Assembly: GCA_963783885.1 (NCBI GenBank)
Contig: CAWAPJ010000005.1
Coordinates: 15,574 to 79,573, forward strand
Length of the DNA stretch: 64,000 nucleotides
Direction of reading: 5' to 3'
Origin: Waddliaceae bacterium
Lineage (GTDB): Bacteria; Chlamydiota; Chlamydiia; Chlamydiales; SLFE01
Positions within the stretch are counted from its first letter, which is position 1; the number at the start of each line of letters is the position of its first letter. The notes under the pieces were generated by a model. That model saw only the letters and a program-made list of their open reading frames with translations. It made no database searches and had not been told where the DNA came from. This document shows positions 18,325 through 28,416 of this stretch, in pieces. The position numbers and the translations under genes were made by a program.

Positions 18325-19949
18325 AAACCTTCTTGGTGCGTGGTCAAGATTTCGTCATCATTGCTAAATGATGCCCATTTAAAATCGATGGACCCCAACT
18401 GGTTAATCACATAATTGTGCAACTCGGGATGTTTCACATAGCTGATCGTCAGATAATAGATAGGGGCAATAGGCATATCTCTTGTGAGAATTTCCTCTGC
18501 TTCCGCCAGGTAGAAATATCGCTGCTCTACATTCGTTTCTCCCGAGGCCCTTTTGATATATTCATTAAATGTCGAATGGACCCATCCCGAGCTGTGCATC
18601 GGGTGTTTGTAGTCTTGGAACATTTCGAGAAAGTGAATGGGATCGGAGGAAATTCCTTTCCACGCCAGCCTGGCAATATCGAAGTTTCCGGCCTGTATTT
18701 CACTTAAGTGGGCTTTCCAATCCTGGCTTCTCAGCTTGACGTCGATTCCGAAGACTTCTTTCCACCTGTGTTGAATTGTCTGGGCGATCGCATGATGCAT
18801 TTCGCTTTTATTATAGCTGAGAATAAGCGTTTGCAGCTGTTCTTTTTCCACACCTGCCTCTTTGAGACCTTCGTTGAAGAGTTTCTTTGCCTGTTCGATA
18901 TCAAATGAGTCGGCAAAGTGGTCTCGGACATTGATTTGATCTGGAACGAAACGAAGGGCGGGAACTTCGCTGCCCTGGGAAATGTGCCTGACAATTTCAT
19001 CCCGAGGTATCATGTAGGTTAAGGCTCTACGGATTTTACGGTTATTGAGGGGAGGGCGTCTAGTGTTGAAACTGTAGAAGTAGGTTCCGAGAAACGGGTG
19101 GGTTTTCAGCTGCCCCTTCGTCCGCAGTTTGGGAAACGCATCCGACGGCAGCCCTTGAGACAAGGGGGCGCCTGCCCAATCGAGCAGCCCCTTATCAAAA
19201 AGTTGCAGCTCGGTGTTCATATCCTGAACAAAGGATATAACAATTTGATTCAGCTTGACTTTCTCCAAGTCCCAATAGCGGAGATTTTTAACGAGAACCA
19301 TTTCCTGTCCGGGCCGCCAGTCTTTCACATAAAAGGGGCCGTTTCCTATACATTTGCCTTTTTCAAAACAATCCGGGTGCAGATGATTGACCGGATAAAA
19401 GTTAAAGACCGAAGTGAGTTCAAGGAAAAATGGTATGGGTTTTTCGAGCTCCACAACCAACGTATCGGTATCTCTTGCAAAGACCCCTATTTGCGAAATT
19501 GGAGCCCTGCCCTCATTGGCGGCTTCTCCATTTTTGAGGCAGTAAAGGTGGCTGGCCATAGGAGCTGGGTTATTTGGATTCAGCGTCCATTTCCAGGCGT
19601 ATTCGAAGTCATAGGCCGTTACCGGGTCGCCATTGGACCAAAGAGTGTGTTTGAGATGGAATATATAGACCAGGCCATCGTCGGAAATTTCCACGTCTTC
19701 TGCTGCGGACGGAGTCAGTTTCCCGTTTGGATCGAATCGCATGAGGCCGTCATAGAGCATTGGGAGAATATTGGCATATATTGAATAATTGCCAATTCTC
19801 GGGTCGAGGGTAGGGGGTTCAGCGAAAAAATTGAGTCTTAAGACCTGTTTTTCACTTGTTTGGCTATCACTTCGGCATCCAATGAGTCCGCCGGCTATGA
19901 TGAGCAGCGCCAGAGTAAGCTTTAAATAACTCATAACACCTTTGTTCAT
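18321..19949 (-). CDS. oppA: Oligopeptide ABC transporter substrate-binding lipoprotein
   Basis: Lipobox LIGC; EPPTLDP; WSNGDPVTAYDF; NGPF. Confidence 0.9.
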   Translation of the reverse strand: MNKGVMSYLKLTLALLIIAGGLIGCRSDSQTSEKQVLRLNFFAEPPTLDPRIGNYSIYANILPMLYDGLMRFDPNGKLTPSAAEDVEISDDGLVYIFHLKHTLWSNGDPVTAYDFEYAWKWTLNPNNPAPMASHLYCLKNGEAANEGRAPISQIGVFARDTDTLVVELEKPIPFFLELTSVFNFYPVNHLHPDCFEKGKCIGNGPFYVKDWRPGQEMVLVKNLRYWDLEKVKLNQIVISFVQDMNTELQLFDKGLLDWAGAPLSQGLPSDAFPKLRTKGQLKTHPFLGTYFYSFNTRRPPLNNRKIRRALTYMIPRDEIVRHISQGSEVPALRFVPDQINVRDHFADSFDIEQAKKLFNEGLKEAGVEKEQLQTLILSYNKSEMHHAIAQTIQHRWKEVFGIDVKLRSQDWKAHLSEIQAGNFDIARLAWKGISSDPIHFLEMFQDYKHPMHSSGWVHSTFNEYIKRASGETNVEQRYFYLAEAEEILTRDMPIAPIYYLTISYVKHPELHNYVINQLGSIDFKWASFSNDDEILTTHQEGL

Positions 19950-20089
19950 CGATACGTGCTAATAATCAAAACATATGGTGGCAAATCCTGTCAAATCAAA
20001 CCTTAAGAGACGGATTTTTAAACGATTAAAAAAACGCTCCCATAAAATGTATATAAATTATTATTATGTGTAATTGAAAGGCGGTATCT

Positions 20090-20728
20090 ATGGATGATAA
20101 GAAGCTCAAAATCTTAGGCGTAGGGATTATCGGATTCTTATTACTATTCTTTCTTTTATGGATCGGCAAGTCTCAACTGGAAGATAGTTATAAAACTTTA
20201 CCCGGAAATGTCGGTTCCAAAAAACAAGAAAATGATTATAGCAAATGGAAGGAATACACATCTCAAAACGATTACTTTCGCGCTTATTTTCCTCATCTTC
20301 CGGAATATGATACCAAAAAGGTAAGGGTATCGGATAAAAAAGATATCGATGGAGCTCTCGATGTTTTTATTTCACGGCTCCAGAATGGGACGCTATTGAT
20401 GGTTCGAGTAATGCGCTACCCCAAAAATTATCTGGTTCCGGATATTGGAAAGGCCCTAAAAGAAACAATGGATGATTTGCTCAATGCCAATAATCAAAAT
20501 ATTTTAAGGAATATGTCGCAATCGAGCTTTCAGAATCACCAATCAATAAATTTTTCTATTCAAAATCCCAGTGCCCGCATAGACGGCACATCCTTTTTTG
20601 CCAATAACTCGGTCTACAGTTTAATTTATGCATCAAATCCGAGTACATTCGAAAGGAGTGTTTTTGATCATTTCTTAAGCGAATTTGTGTTGACAACAGA
20701 TTTCAAATCGCCTCCGCAGCCCCTTTAA
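20090..20728 (+). CDS. Hypothetical membrane-anchored protein
   Basis: N-terminal TM helix followed by a soluble alpha/beta domain. Confidence 0.65.
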   Translation: MDDKKLKILGVGIIGFLLLFFLLWIGKSQLEDSYKTLPGNVGSKKQENDYSKWKEYTSQNDYFRAYFPHLPEYDTKKVRVSDKKDIDGALDVFISRLQNGTLLMVRVMRYPKNYLVPDIGKALKETMDDLLNANNQNILRNMSQSSFQNHQSINFSIQNPSARIDGTSFFANNSVYSLIYASNPSTFERSVFDHFLSEFVLTTDFKSPPQPL

Positions 20729-20932
20729 CCTCTGATACGAAGTATTCTTTGGAGTATTTGCTGCTCCAAATCCTGAAAAAAAAATGGTTTAATCAAAACA
20801 TTTAGATCTCAAGTTGTGTCGCTTGACAGATTTTTTAGAAGGCCCATCTAAGAACTTGCGCTCCTCGCCCTGTCAATTCATATCGAGACCTTCTAAAAAA
20901 ACGGCAGACGAGATTAGGGGACAATCAGGGGT
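20728..20932. mobile_element. ~205-bp MITE-like element
   Basis: Ends ACCTCTGAT / ATCAGGGGT; TTA on both sides; internal inverted repeats (TTTTTAGAAGG/CCTTCTAAAAA, TTGACAG/CTGTCAA); right end matches 47759-47800 in reverse. Confidence 0.65.
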
Positions 20933-20937
20933 TTAAC

Positions 20938-21423
20938 CTAATTGGCTTCGAAACCGTCTTTCATGTTTTCTAATACGTTCATGATAGCGTCGTCGATTTC
21001 AGTCATGTCGTATTCTTGCATAAGGGCGGTCATTTCCATGGCGGCATCGGCGAAGTAGGAGCCGCGCGCGACCCTTTCCTTCGCCTGCTTTTCGGTATCG
21101 ACAGTGAGGATGCCGTTAATGACCGGGATATCCGAATCCAACGCTATATCGGACAGGCAGCGGGCCGATTCCTGGCACACAATATCATAGTGGGAAGTAT
21201 CGCCTCGAATAACGGCTCCCAGACAAATGACGGCATCACAAAACAGCGTTAGTTGTTTGGCTATGATGGGAATTTCCAGCGTTCCCGGAACTTCCACGAT
21301 TTCAATCTGTTCCTCATAGACTTCATGTTCTTCAAGACGGTTTACGGTTTCATTTAACAATGCGCCTGTAATGTCTTCATGATAAGAGCTGACAATGATT
21401 CCGATTTTAAGTTCTTTTTCCAT
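20938..21423 (-). CDS. ribH: 6,7-dimethyl-8-ribityllumazine synthase
   Basis: VPGTLEIP; CLGAVIRGDTSHYD; PVINGILT. Confidence 0.92.
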   Translation of the reverse strand: MEKELKIGIIVSSYHEDITGALLNETVNRLEEHEVYEEQIEIVEVPGTLEIPIIAKQLTLFCDAVICLGAVIRGDTSHYDIVCQESARCLSDIALDSDIPVINGILTVDTEKQAKERVARGSYFADAAMEMTALMQEYDMTEIDDAIMNVLENMKDGFEAN

Positions 21424-22623
21424 TTATTTAATCTCCAGTAAATGTCCCAATTTTTCTTTTTTTGTTTTCAGGTATTTTTGGCATTCAACAGGCGCTTCGG
21501 GAATGAGAGGGACCCTTTCGACAATCTTAAGTCCGAACCCGTCGATCCCACCATACTTTGCGGGATTGTTGGTCAGGAGCCTAAGCGTGGTAACACCGAG
21601 ACTTGAGAGGATTTGAGCGCCAATGCCATATTCTCTTGAATCTACAGGGAGGCCGAGTTTTTCATTAGCCTCGACTGTATCGAGTCCTGTGTCCTGCAAT
21701 CCGTAAGCACGCAGTTTATGGCCGAGGCCAATGCCCCTTCCCTCGTGTCCGCGAAGGTAGACGACAACGCCCGCTCCTTCTTTGGCAATCAGCCTTAAAG
21801 CCTCTTTAAGCTGGAGTCCGCACTCGCATCTCAAGGAGCCGAAGACATCGCCTGTCAGGCACTCCGAATGGACGCGGACGAGAACATTGTCCTGGCCCTT
21901 CAGAGTTCCCTTCACCAGGGCCATATGCTCGATATGGTCAAGCTTGGATCGAAAGACATAGGCGGTAAACGGACCGAATTCCGTAGGGATAACTGCGTTT
22001 GATACGCTTTCAACCAGGTGTTCGTGTTCTCTGCGGTACCTGATAATGTCGGCAACCGACAGGAGGGGAATGTTGTGGGTTTCGGAAAAACTCTTCAGGT
22101 CTTGGGTGCGCGTCATTGTGCCGTCGGGATTGACAATTTCGGAAATGGCAGCCACAGGACTCATCCCGGCAAGTTCGAGCAAATCGATCGACGCTTCGGT
22201 ATGTCCTGCTCGTTTGAGTACCCCTCCTTTTTTGTATTGGAGAGGGAAGACATGTCCGGGCCTGGTAAAGTCGCTTAGGCATGTTTGGGGATGGGCCAGG
22301 GCGCGAATGGTTTTTGCCCTATCCTGGGCGGAAATCCCAGTAGTCGTCCCTATTTTATAGTCAACGCTTACTGTGAATGCTGTCCTGTTGGGGTCGGTGT
22401 TATTCTGGACCATTTGCGGGATATTCAGTTGATTTAGCCTCTCTTCGGTCATGGGGACACAAATAACCCCTCCGGTATGTTTGAGGAAAAAGACGACATG
22501 TTCTGCCGTGACCTTTTCCGCAGCAACGACGAGGTCGCCTTCGTTTTCCCGGTCTTTGTCATCGGCAATAATGACGAATTGCCCGCTTTTTAGGGCCTGA
22601 ATTGCGTCTTGGATTGAAGACAT
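21424..22623 (-). CDS. ribBA: Bifunctional DHBP synthase / GTP cyclohydrolase II
   Basis: DRENEGD, PGHVFPL, RAGHTEA; RVHSECLTGD, HEGRGIG, LTNNP. Confidence 0.95.
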   Translation of the reverse strand: MSSIQDAIQALKSGQFVIIADDKDRENEGDLVVAAEKVTAEHVVFFLKHTGGVICVPMTEERLNQLNIPQMVQNNTDPNRTAFTVSVDYKIGTTTGISAQDRAKTIRALAHPQTCLSDFTRPGHVFPLQYKKGGVLKRAGHTEASIDLLELAGMSPVAAISEIVNPDGTMTRTQDLKSFSETHNIPLLSVADIIRYRREHEHLVESVSNAVIPTEFGPFTAYVFRSKLDHIEHMALVKGTLKGQDNVLVRVHSECLTGDVFGSLRCECGLQLKEALRLIAKEGAGVVVYLRGHEGRGIGLGHKLRAYGLQDTGLDTVEANEKLGLPVDSREYGIGAQILSSLGVTTLRLLTNNPAKYGGIDGFGLKIVERVPLIPEAPVECQKYLKTKKEKLGHLLEIK

Positions 22624-22624
22624 C

Positions 22625-22954
22625 TTAAGTTTTAGGCGCTTTCACAATGTATGTCAGTACAGTTATTACGAATACAAGAAGGCTGATGATCATCATAAAG
22701 CCTGCAGGCATCCATTTCGTAGTAGAAATATAACGATAAATGAAAAATGCTGTCAATATAAGACTTAATAGGGAAGCTGCGTAGAGCCCGAAAATAAACT
22801 CTTTCATAATCAGCAAAGCTGAAATTACCAGCAGAAAACCAAATAGACTCCCGGTGACGATAGAGGCGGTGCTTCCGGCGATGAAATAGCCGATTATACC
22901 TCCGGCGATGGTCAGCAGGCCGTAAAATCCAACAACGGTTGATAATGTTTTCAA
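22625..22954 (-). CDS. TMEM14/FAX-family small membrane protein
   Basis: YG....GG..GY..AGS..S..G pattern and K.MPAG motif. Confidence 0.8.
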   Translation of the reverse strand: MKTLSTVVGFYGLLTIAGGIIGYFIAGSTASIVTGSLFGFLLVISALLIMKEFIFGLYAASLLSLILTAFFIYRYISTTKWMPAGFMMIISLLVFVITVLTYIVKAPKT

Positions 22955-23706
22955 AGAATCAGCTCCTTATCTAAATTAAATTGTTCAACGAGAAAATTTT
23001 GCGCGGTTTGCCAGGATCGCTTGGCCGCATAGGGTTGATATACGGTCCCTTTGTCGGCATCGCGGGCCTTTGGATTGGTAAAAGCGTGCATTGTGTGGCC
23101 ATAGATATGAAATTGCCAGTCGACATTGGCCTCATCGAGTTCGTGAAGAACTTTTTTAATGTCTGTATCGGAAACCAGAGGATCGTCATGGCCGTGCAAA
23201 AACAAAACCGATCCTTTTAGCTTATCGGCATTCGGGGGTCTTTTGGCTTTAACTTCGCCTAAAACATCTGCCAGTACTCCATGAAAGCTGATAACGGATC
23301 GTACGTCGGCGCCGCTTCGCAGAAGTTCAAGAACCGTGAGGCCGCCAAAACAAAATCCGATAGCAGAAATACGCGTTTCATCCGTTTGCTTCAGATCTTT
23401 CACCAAATTCACGGCTGCATTGATCCGGTCCTGCAGAAGTTTGCGATTTTCAAAGAGGGGAAGCATCAGAGCCATTGATTCTTCATCGTCTTCGGCATTG
23501 ATGCCGTCGCCATAAACATCAGCAGCAAAACCGACATACCCCATTTCCGCCAGGGCAACAGCTTTTTCACGGGCAAAATCATCCAGCCCCCTCCAGGCAT
23601 GAGCTATCACAATAGCGGGTCTGGGATGATCAAACTCATCCTCATAAGCTACAAATCCCCGCATTTTCTCCCCGTTAACCGGATAAGTAATTTCAGAAGT
23701 ATACAA
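22951..23706 (-). CDS. Dienelactone hydrolase family protein
   Basis: GFCFGG nucleophile motif, HAFTNP; start set at TTG 23706 after a GGAGGAGG SD. Confidence 0.88.
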   Translation of the reverse strand: MYTSEITYPVNGEKMRGFVAYEDEFDHPRPAIVIAHAWRGLDDFAREKAVALAEMGYVGFAADVYGDGINAEDDEESMALMLPLFENRKLLQDRINAAVNLVKDLKQTDETRISAIGFCFGGLTVLELLRSGADVRSVISFHGVLADVLGEVKAKRPPNADKLKGSVLFLHGHDDPLVSDTDIKKVLHELDEANVDWQFHIYGHTMHAFTNPKARDADKGTVYQPYAAKRSWQTAQNFLVEQFNLDKELIL

Positions 23707-23875
23707 GCCCCCTCCTCCATTTTTAGCCATAGCTGATATTACGGCCTCAATGCAACTTTGTAAAGAAATTCCTGCAATTCGTTCAAATATATTTTTCTTA
23801 TATGAATCGTGTCACTTGAATATAACTCGTCTTATTATATAGAATAGTAAAATTAATGAATCAGGAAGGTCAAAT

Positions 23876-25588
23876 ATGAAAAAGCAATATGCAGTGATAG
23901 TATTTCTTTTATTCAGTTTCACGAATCTAAAGGGCGGCTATGAAATTTCCAAAGCAGAAATGCTCAACTATAGCGATTCTCTCAATGCGTTATTTGATTC
24001 CAGATATGCCCCTGCAGAATGGAAGCGAGAATATTGCCAATGGGACTTGAATCAGGAGATTGCCCGCTTTAAAAATAGCATTGAGGATCAGAAAACGGCA
24101 ACTATCAAAGATTTTCATCGCCAGCTCGGAAAATTTATACGGTCAATGAAAGATTACCACGTCAATGCCTATTTCTATTGCACAGAATCTGCCTGCCTGC
24201 CTTTTAAGGTCAAGCGATTGGAAGATCGCTATTTTCTCACATATGTGGACGAAAGTAAATTTGCTTTCTTCCATGCAGGCGACGAACTTGTTGAGTTTGA
24301 CGGAAGAAATCCCGATGATGTGGTTCAAGAGATGAAGCGGCTCGCAAGCCATTCAGCGACTCCCGAAACAGATCAGTGTCTTGCCGAGATCAATCTCACC
24401 AGTCGATTTGCCAATATCGGCAATAAAGTTCCTAAGGGGCCCATTACCATTTCGGTCAGGGATAAGGATACGAAAGAGTTGAAAACCCACCAAATGATCT
24501 GGACATACAAACCGGAGGTGATTCAGGATTTTGCAGTGGCTAAATATAAAAGCCCTTTGCTGCCTAAATGGCTTGACAAGGACAGAATGAAATGCGACAG
24601 AGCATTGCCGCTTGTTCAAAACTACCTTCCCTTTTCTTGCTGCGGAGAAGAAGAGCCCATGACTCTCGACCCGAATGAAATCGGAGCAAAAAGATCCTTT
24701 TTGCCAAAGCTGGGTTCGGTATGCTGGGAGACCAATCCATCTAATTCTATCCACGCTTACCTCTTTATCAACGATCAAGGGAAGACGATCGGGTATCTTA
24801 GGATTCCGCACTATATGTTGGATTTGGAAGAGCTTCAAGAAATCCAGGGAATTCTCGAGATCATCAATGAAAATGCCGAGGTGCTGGTCATTGATCAATT
24901 AAATAATCCCGGAGGCAATCTGTTTGTTTTGTATGCCATTGCCTCAATGCTGACCGACAGGCCCCTTGTTACGCCCAAAGAGCATATGCTTTTATCGCAA
25001 GAAGAGGTCATGGAAGCAGGCATGATGATCGATTACCTGAATCTGATTGAGTCTGACGACGACGCGAAAGCGCTACTGGGAGAGACATTTTTTGGAGCGC
25101 CTGTGAATTATCAGACAGCTCAATTTATGAAAGAATATTTCCGGTTTATTATCGACCAATGGAAAGAGGGAAAAATATACACCGATCTGACCCACATGTA
25201 TGGTATCGACCATGTCAATCCTCATCCGGCAGTTAAATTCACAAAACCGATTGTGCTTCTTATCAATAGTCTTGATTTTTCCTGCGGCGATTTCTTTCCC
25301 GCCATCATGAAAGACAATGACCGGGCAACGCTTGTTGGTGCAAGGACTGCCGGAGCCGGAGGGTACGTCCTGCCTCATTTTATGGCCAACAGGCTGGGAG
25401 TTGCCGTTATCACACTTACCGGATCTCTTGGTATTCGATCAAACGGAAAACCGATAGAAAATCTGGGCGTCACCCCACATGTCATTAATGAGTTATCTCA
25501 GTCTGATATAGAGAATGGGTTTCAGGATTACACGCGTAAAATTAATGAGATTGTCGACGAGAAAATGAAAGATTTGGATGAAGGTTAA
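23876..25588 (+). CDS. Chlamydial protease-like activity factor (CPAF, S41 family)
   Basis: Signal peptide; YAP.EWK; DYH; LVIDQLNNPGG; DFSCGDFFP; RTAGAGG; IENLGV.P. Confidence 0.9.
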   Translation: MKKQYAVIVFLLFSFTNLKGGYEISKAEMLNYSDSLNALFDSRYAPAEWKREYCQWDLNQEIARFKNSIEDQKTATIKDFHRQLGKFIRSMKDYHVNAYFYCTESACLPFKVKRLEDRYFLTYVDESKFAFFHAGDELVEFDGRNPDDVVQEMKRLASHSATPETDQCLAEINLTSRFANIGNKVPKGPITISVRDKDTKELKTHQMIWTYKPEVIQDFAVAKYKSPLLPKWLDKDRMKCDRALPLVQNYLPFSCCGEEEPMTLDPNEIGAKRSFLPKLGSVCWETNPSNSIHAYLFINDQGKTIGYLRIPHYMLDLEELQEIQGILEIINENAEVLVIDQLNNPGGNLFVLYAIASMLTDRPLVTPKEHMLLSQEEVMEAGMMIDYLNLIESDDDAKALLGETFFGAPVNYQTAQFMKEYFRFIIDQWKEGKIYTDLTHMYGIDHVNPHPAVKFTKPIVLLINSLDFSCGDFFPAIMKDNDRATLVGARTAGAGGYVLPHFMANRLGVAVITLTGSLGIRSNGKPIENLGVTPHVINELSQSDIENGFQDYTRKINEIVDEKMKDLDEG

Positions 25589-25607
25589 TCTTCATCCAAA
25601 TCTTTCA
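25566..25607. terminator. Hairpin between convergent genes (probable bidirectional terminator)
   Basis: Perfect 18-bp stem TGAAAGATTTGGATGAAG / CTTCATCCAAATCTTTCA with the CPAF stop in the loop. Confidence 0.7.
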
Positions 25608-25614
25608 GGCTTGA

Positions 25615-27429
25615 TTATTGTTTTTCCTTTTCACCGGATGTAATAAGGTCTGAGAATTTCTCATAAAGGGGAATAAATCCCTCAGATATCGTTGCTCCTG
25701 TAAATTTAACAATAGATGTTAAATATGAAGCTTTGTCGGTTTCTTTGACATGCATTCGTTCCTGAATTTTCTTAAGCAGCTCTTCCAGAATAATTTTTTG
25801 AATCGTAGCCGCGTACCACCTGGCATGATAATCTTGAACTTCTTGGAGAAGGTTTTCATAATCTTTAGGACTATTGGCCTTTTGGAGTGCCGCTTTATCT
25901 GTTTTGGTATAGTCTTTTCTGACATTCTCCTCAATGACTTTTTCAAGCAGCTCAATCGTTTGCGTCAAAATTTCTTTTTGACTTTCTTCTTTTGATCTAA
26001 GATCTTCTCTTATCTTATCAAATATTTTTTTATATTCCCCATAGGGAGCTTTTAGATATTTTTGTTGATCCTCCTTTCCCATGGACTCATGACATCTAAG
26101 AACCAATTCAATTATTTCTTTTGACGATAGAATTTCGTATAAGAATTTCAACCCATTATTGATAACTTCTTTTTTATTATTATTGTTAAGAATATGATTT
26201 TGCCCTATTTCCTCCTTGTCTTTGTATTGCGCTACCTTTGGGTTGTTATAATAGTTATCGTCAATTTCTTTTTTCCTGTGATTTAACTTGGTGCAATGTG
26301 TTACCATTTGTTTCAGACATAAATAAGATAATTTATAATTGCTATCACGAGTTTGGATTCTTTCCTGTTGTTTTTTTTGCCTGTTTATTCTGGGCTCGAC
26401 ACTTTCGGGTAGTTCTGAAGATGTAGGAATACAGTGTCTCTTGCATTGTTCAAGCCCCTCCTTGGAAATATCCAGCGGACGAAAATCTTCTCTAGTCTGC
26501 CTGAGATATTTTATCATTTCTTCCCAGGCATTTCCGTTTTCCCCGAGATAACTTTTTAGTTGTTCTTGAACATTCTTAAGAGGATAAAATATTCTGCCAT
26601 ATTCACTGCGTAAAACAAATTCAAAATCTTTCATAAAATTCGCTGGATTTTTTACTCTTCCATACACTGCCTTCGGTACTTCGCTGGAAATTCTTTTATA
26701 TACTGCCGCATACAATAAAATGGTTTCTTTTACCTTTTGGGCAAGCAGTATATAAGATTCTTGTTCCTTGAGGATTTCCTTGCATTTTTTGAGCTGGGAA
26801 GCAAATGGATTCACTTCGCCTTCTGTCATATTTTCGCTGACAATGAGAGCAGAATCTGTAGTCTCTGAAAATTCAACCCAAAGTGCGTCAGCAGAGATCT
26901 CAATTGGCATCTTAGTTAATTTTTCTTGCTTAGCTGAAGGTTTTACGAGTTTTTTCTGAGGGGGAGTTTTTTGTTTAGCAACATAATTTTTGATAATTTT
27001 TCCTTCATTTATTTCAACGCCCTTCTTTTTGGAAAGAGGTTTTCGGGGACGATATACTTTTTTAGTCTTAGCCTGAGATCTGGTTACTCTTTTAGTTTGG
27101 GGAAGAGTTTTTTTAGATATTTCTTGAATTTTTTTATCTTGCTTTTTGATCCAATTCTGAACGCCTTTTTCTTTAATTTTCGGGAATTCCTCTTTTAATA
27201 ATTTGAGCGAGATCCCATTTACGATTTCCGTAAGTTTTCGTCGCGCTTTATCTTTTGTCTCATCGGACAGCTCTTTGATTCTAGGTTCATTACCGGTTGG
27301 GGATTTTTTTAGCTCTTCATACAAAATTGTTAATAATTCTGTAAAAATATCCTGTTTTTCGCTAACCCAACTTGTATACTTGTCTAAAGTGTCATCCGGT
27401 CTGCAATCGCGTATGGTATTTGTAACCAT
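25615..27429 (-). CDS. Hypothetical K/E/Q-rich coiled-coil protein
   Basis: 604-aa AT-rich ORF with GAGGAGG SD; no recognised domain. Confidence 0.75.
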   Translation of the reverse strand: MVTNTIRDCRPDDTLDKYTSWVSEKQDIFTELLTILYEELKKSPTGNEPRIKELSDETKDKARRKLTEIVNGISLKLLKEEFPKIKEKGVQNWIKKQDKKIQEISKKTLPQTKRVTRSQAKTKKVYRPRKPLSKKKGVEINEGKIIKNYVAKQKTPPQKKLVKPSAKQEKLTKMPIEISADALWVEFSETTDSALIVSENMTEGEVNPFASQLKKCKEILKEQESYILLAQKVKETILLYAAVYKRISSEVPKAVYGRVKNPANFMKDFEFVLRSEYGRIFYPLKNVQEQLKSYLGENGNAWEEMIKYLRQTREDFRPLDISKEGLEQCKRHCIPTSSELPESVEPRINRQKKQQERIQTRDSNYKLSYLCLKQMVTHCTKLNHRKKEIDDNYYNNPKVAQYKDKEEIGQNHILNNNNKKEVINNGLKFLYEILSSKEIIELVLRCHESMGKEDQQKYLKAPYGEYKKIFDKIREDLRSKEESQKEILTQTIELLEKVIEENVRKDYTKTDKAALQKANSPKDYENLLQEVQDYHARWYAATIQKIILEELLKKIQERMHVKETDKASYLTSIVKFTGATISEGFIPLYEKFSDLITSGEKEKQ

Positions 27430-27671
27430 GTTAAAAGCCTCCTCTTAAAATCCTGATTTTAGTCATAACAAGCATCTAAAAAATTCCTGTTATGAATCAA
27501 TAGCCTTGATTTTTTATAAGAGGATCATTGTTGTCAAATTAAAAATCCATTTGGATTTGTCGCTGGATGAGATAGCACTATTTCTGACAATAAAAAAATA
27601 AACTGAAATAAAAATATTTTTAATTAGAAGTGTATTTAGTTTAATTTCTTATATTAAATTTATTGTATTTG

Positions 27672-28406
27672 TTAATTTCTGAATCTAATGACATGGAACG
27701 CCTTATCTGTATTCAGATTATATCTGACGATAGTGAAAAATTTGATAGGAAGAAGTTTGAAATTTTTATTTGTGTCACGAAGGATTCCCGCATAAGAACC
27801 TTCAATGTAGACATAGCCATTTTTTTTATATAATTTATAGTGTCTTTTGGATGTGTCTTCGAAAGGCAAAAAACCGGTCGTTATCGAATCTATTGATGCC
27901 AAGACAAGCCAGTTAAGATCGCATCCAATTCTTTGGTTAAAAATTCTGGTAATTGTCAACAAGAGTTCATCATCGCCTTCGACTATCTTATCAATGCGAT
28001 CCAAGGCAAATTTTAGGGCGGTAGAATCCCTCGGCACAATTTCGTCTTCAATCGTGCAAGGGCTTCTAGAGATATCCAGGGCAAACAGAGAGTCGATCTT
28101 TTTTGACTTGCCCCTTATTTTGGTATTTATAATATTGGACTCGAAGGATGAAAGCAGCTTTCCTTGTAAATAATTTTTTCGTCGCAGATTCAGATTTGTG
28201 AATAGAGCGCCATGAATAATTTGAGTTTTCTTTCGTTTCTCATAGGTAGTGCAAAACTTTTTTTTGCCCTGCGGAAGTTTACTGGATTCCTTGGCTTTAA
28301 TATGCTGTATATCATAGGGAAGTACATAGTATCCAAGCATTGGGTTTGTTACAGTCATACTCATAATAACTTTTATAACATTGACCCAATTTTTTTTGTC
28401 AGTCAA
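27672..28406 (-). CDS. Hypothetical protein
   Basis: 244-aa AT-rich ORF; true start probably at a later Met. Confidence 0.55.
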   Translation of the reverse strand: MTDKKNWVNVIKVIMSMTVTNPMLGYYVLPYDIQHIKAKESSKLPQGKKKFCTTYEKRKKTQIIHGALFTNLNLRRKNYLQGKLLSSFESNIINTKIRGKSKKIDSLFALDISRSPCTIEDEIVPRDSTALKFALDRIDKIVEGDDELLLTITRIFNQRIGCDLNWLVLASIDSITTGFLPFEDTSKRHYKLYKKNGYVYIEGSYAGILRDTNKNFKLLPIKFFTIVRYNLNTDKAFHVIRFRN

Positions 28407-28416
28407 AATTAACTAC

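Noticed and set aside
19098..19784. Long antisense ORFs (also 53588-54397, 62184-62795, 63212-63766)
   Set aside because: They are shadow frames opposite well-conserved genes and carry no motifs.
22955..23875. FMN riboswitch upstream of the rib genes
   Set aside because: No recognisable FMN aptamer motifs; ribBA follows upstream genes with almost no gap.
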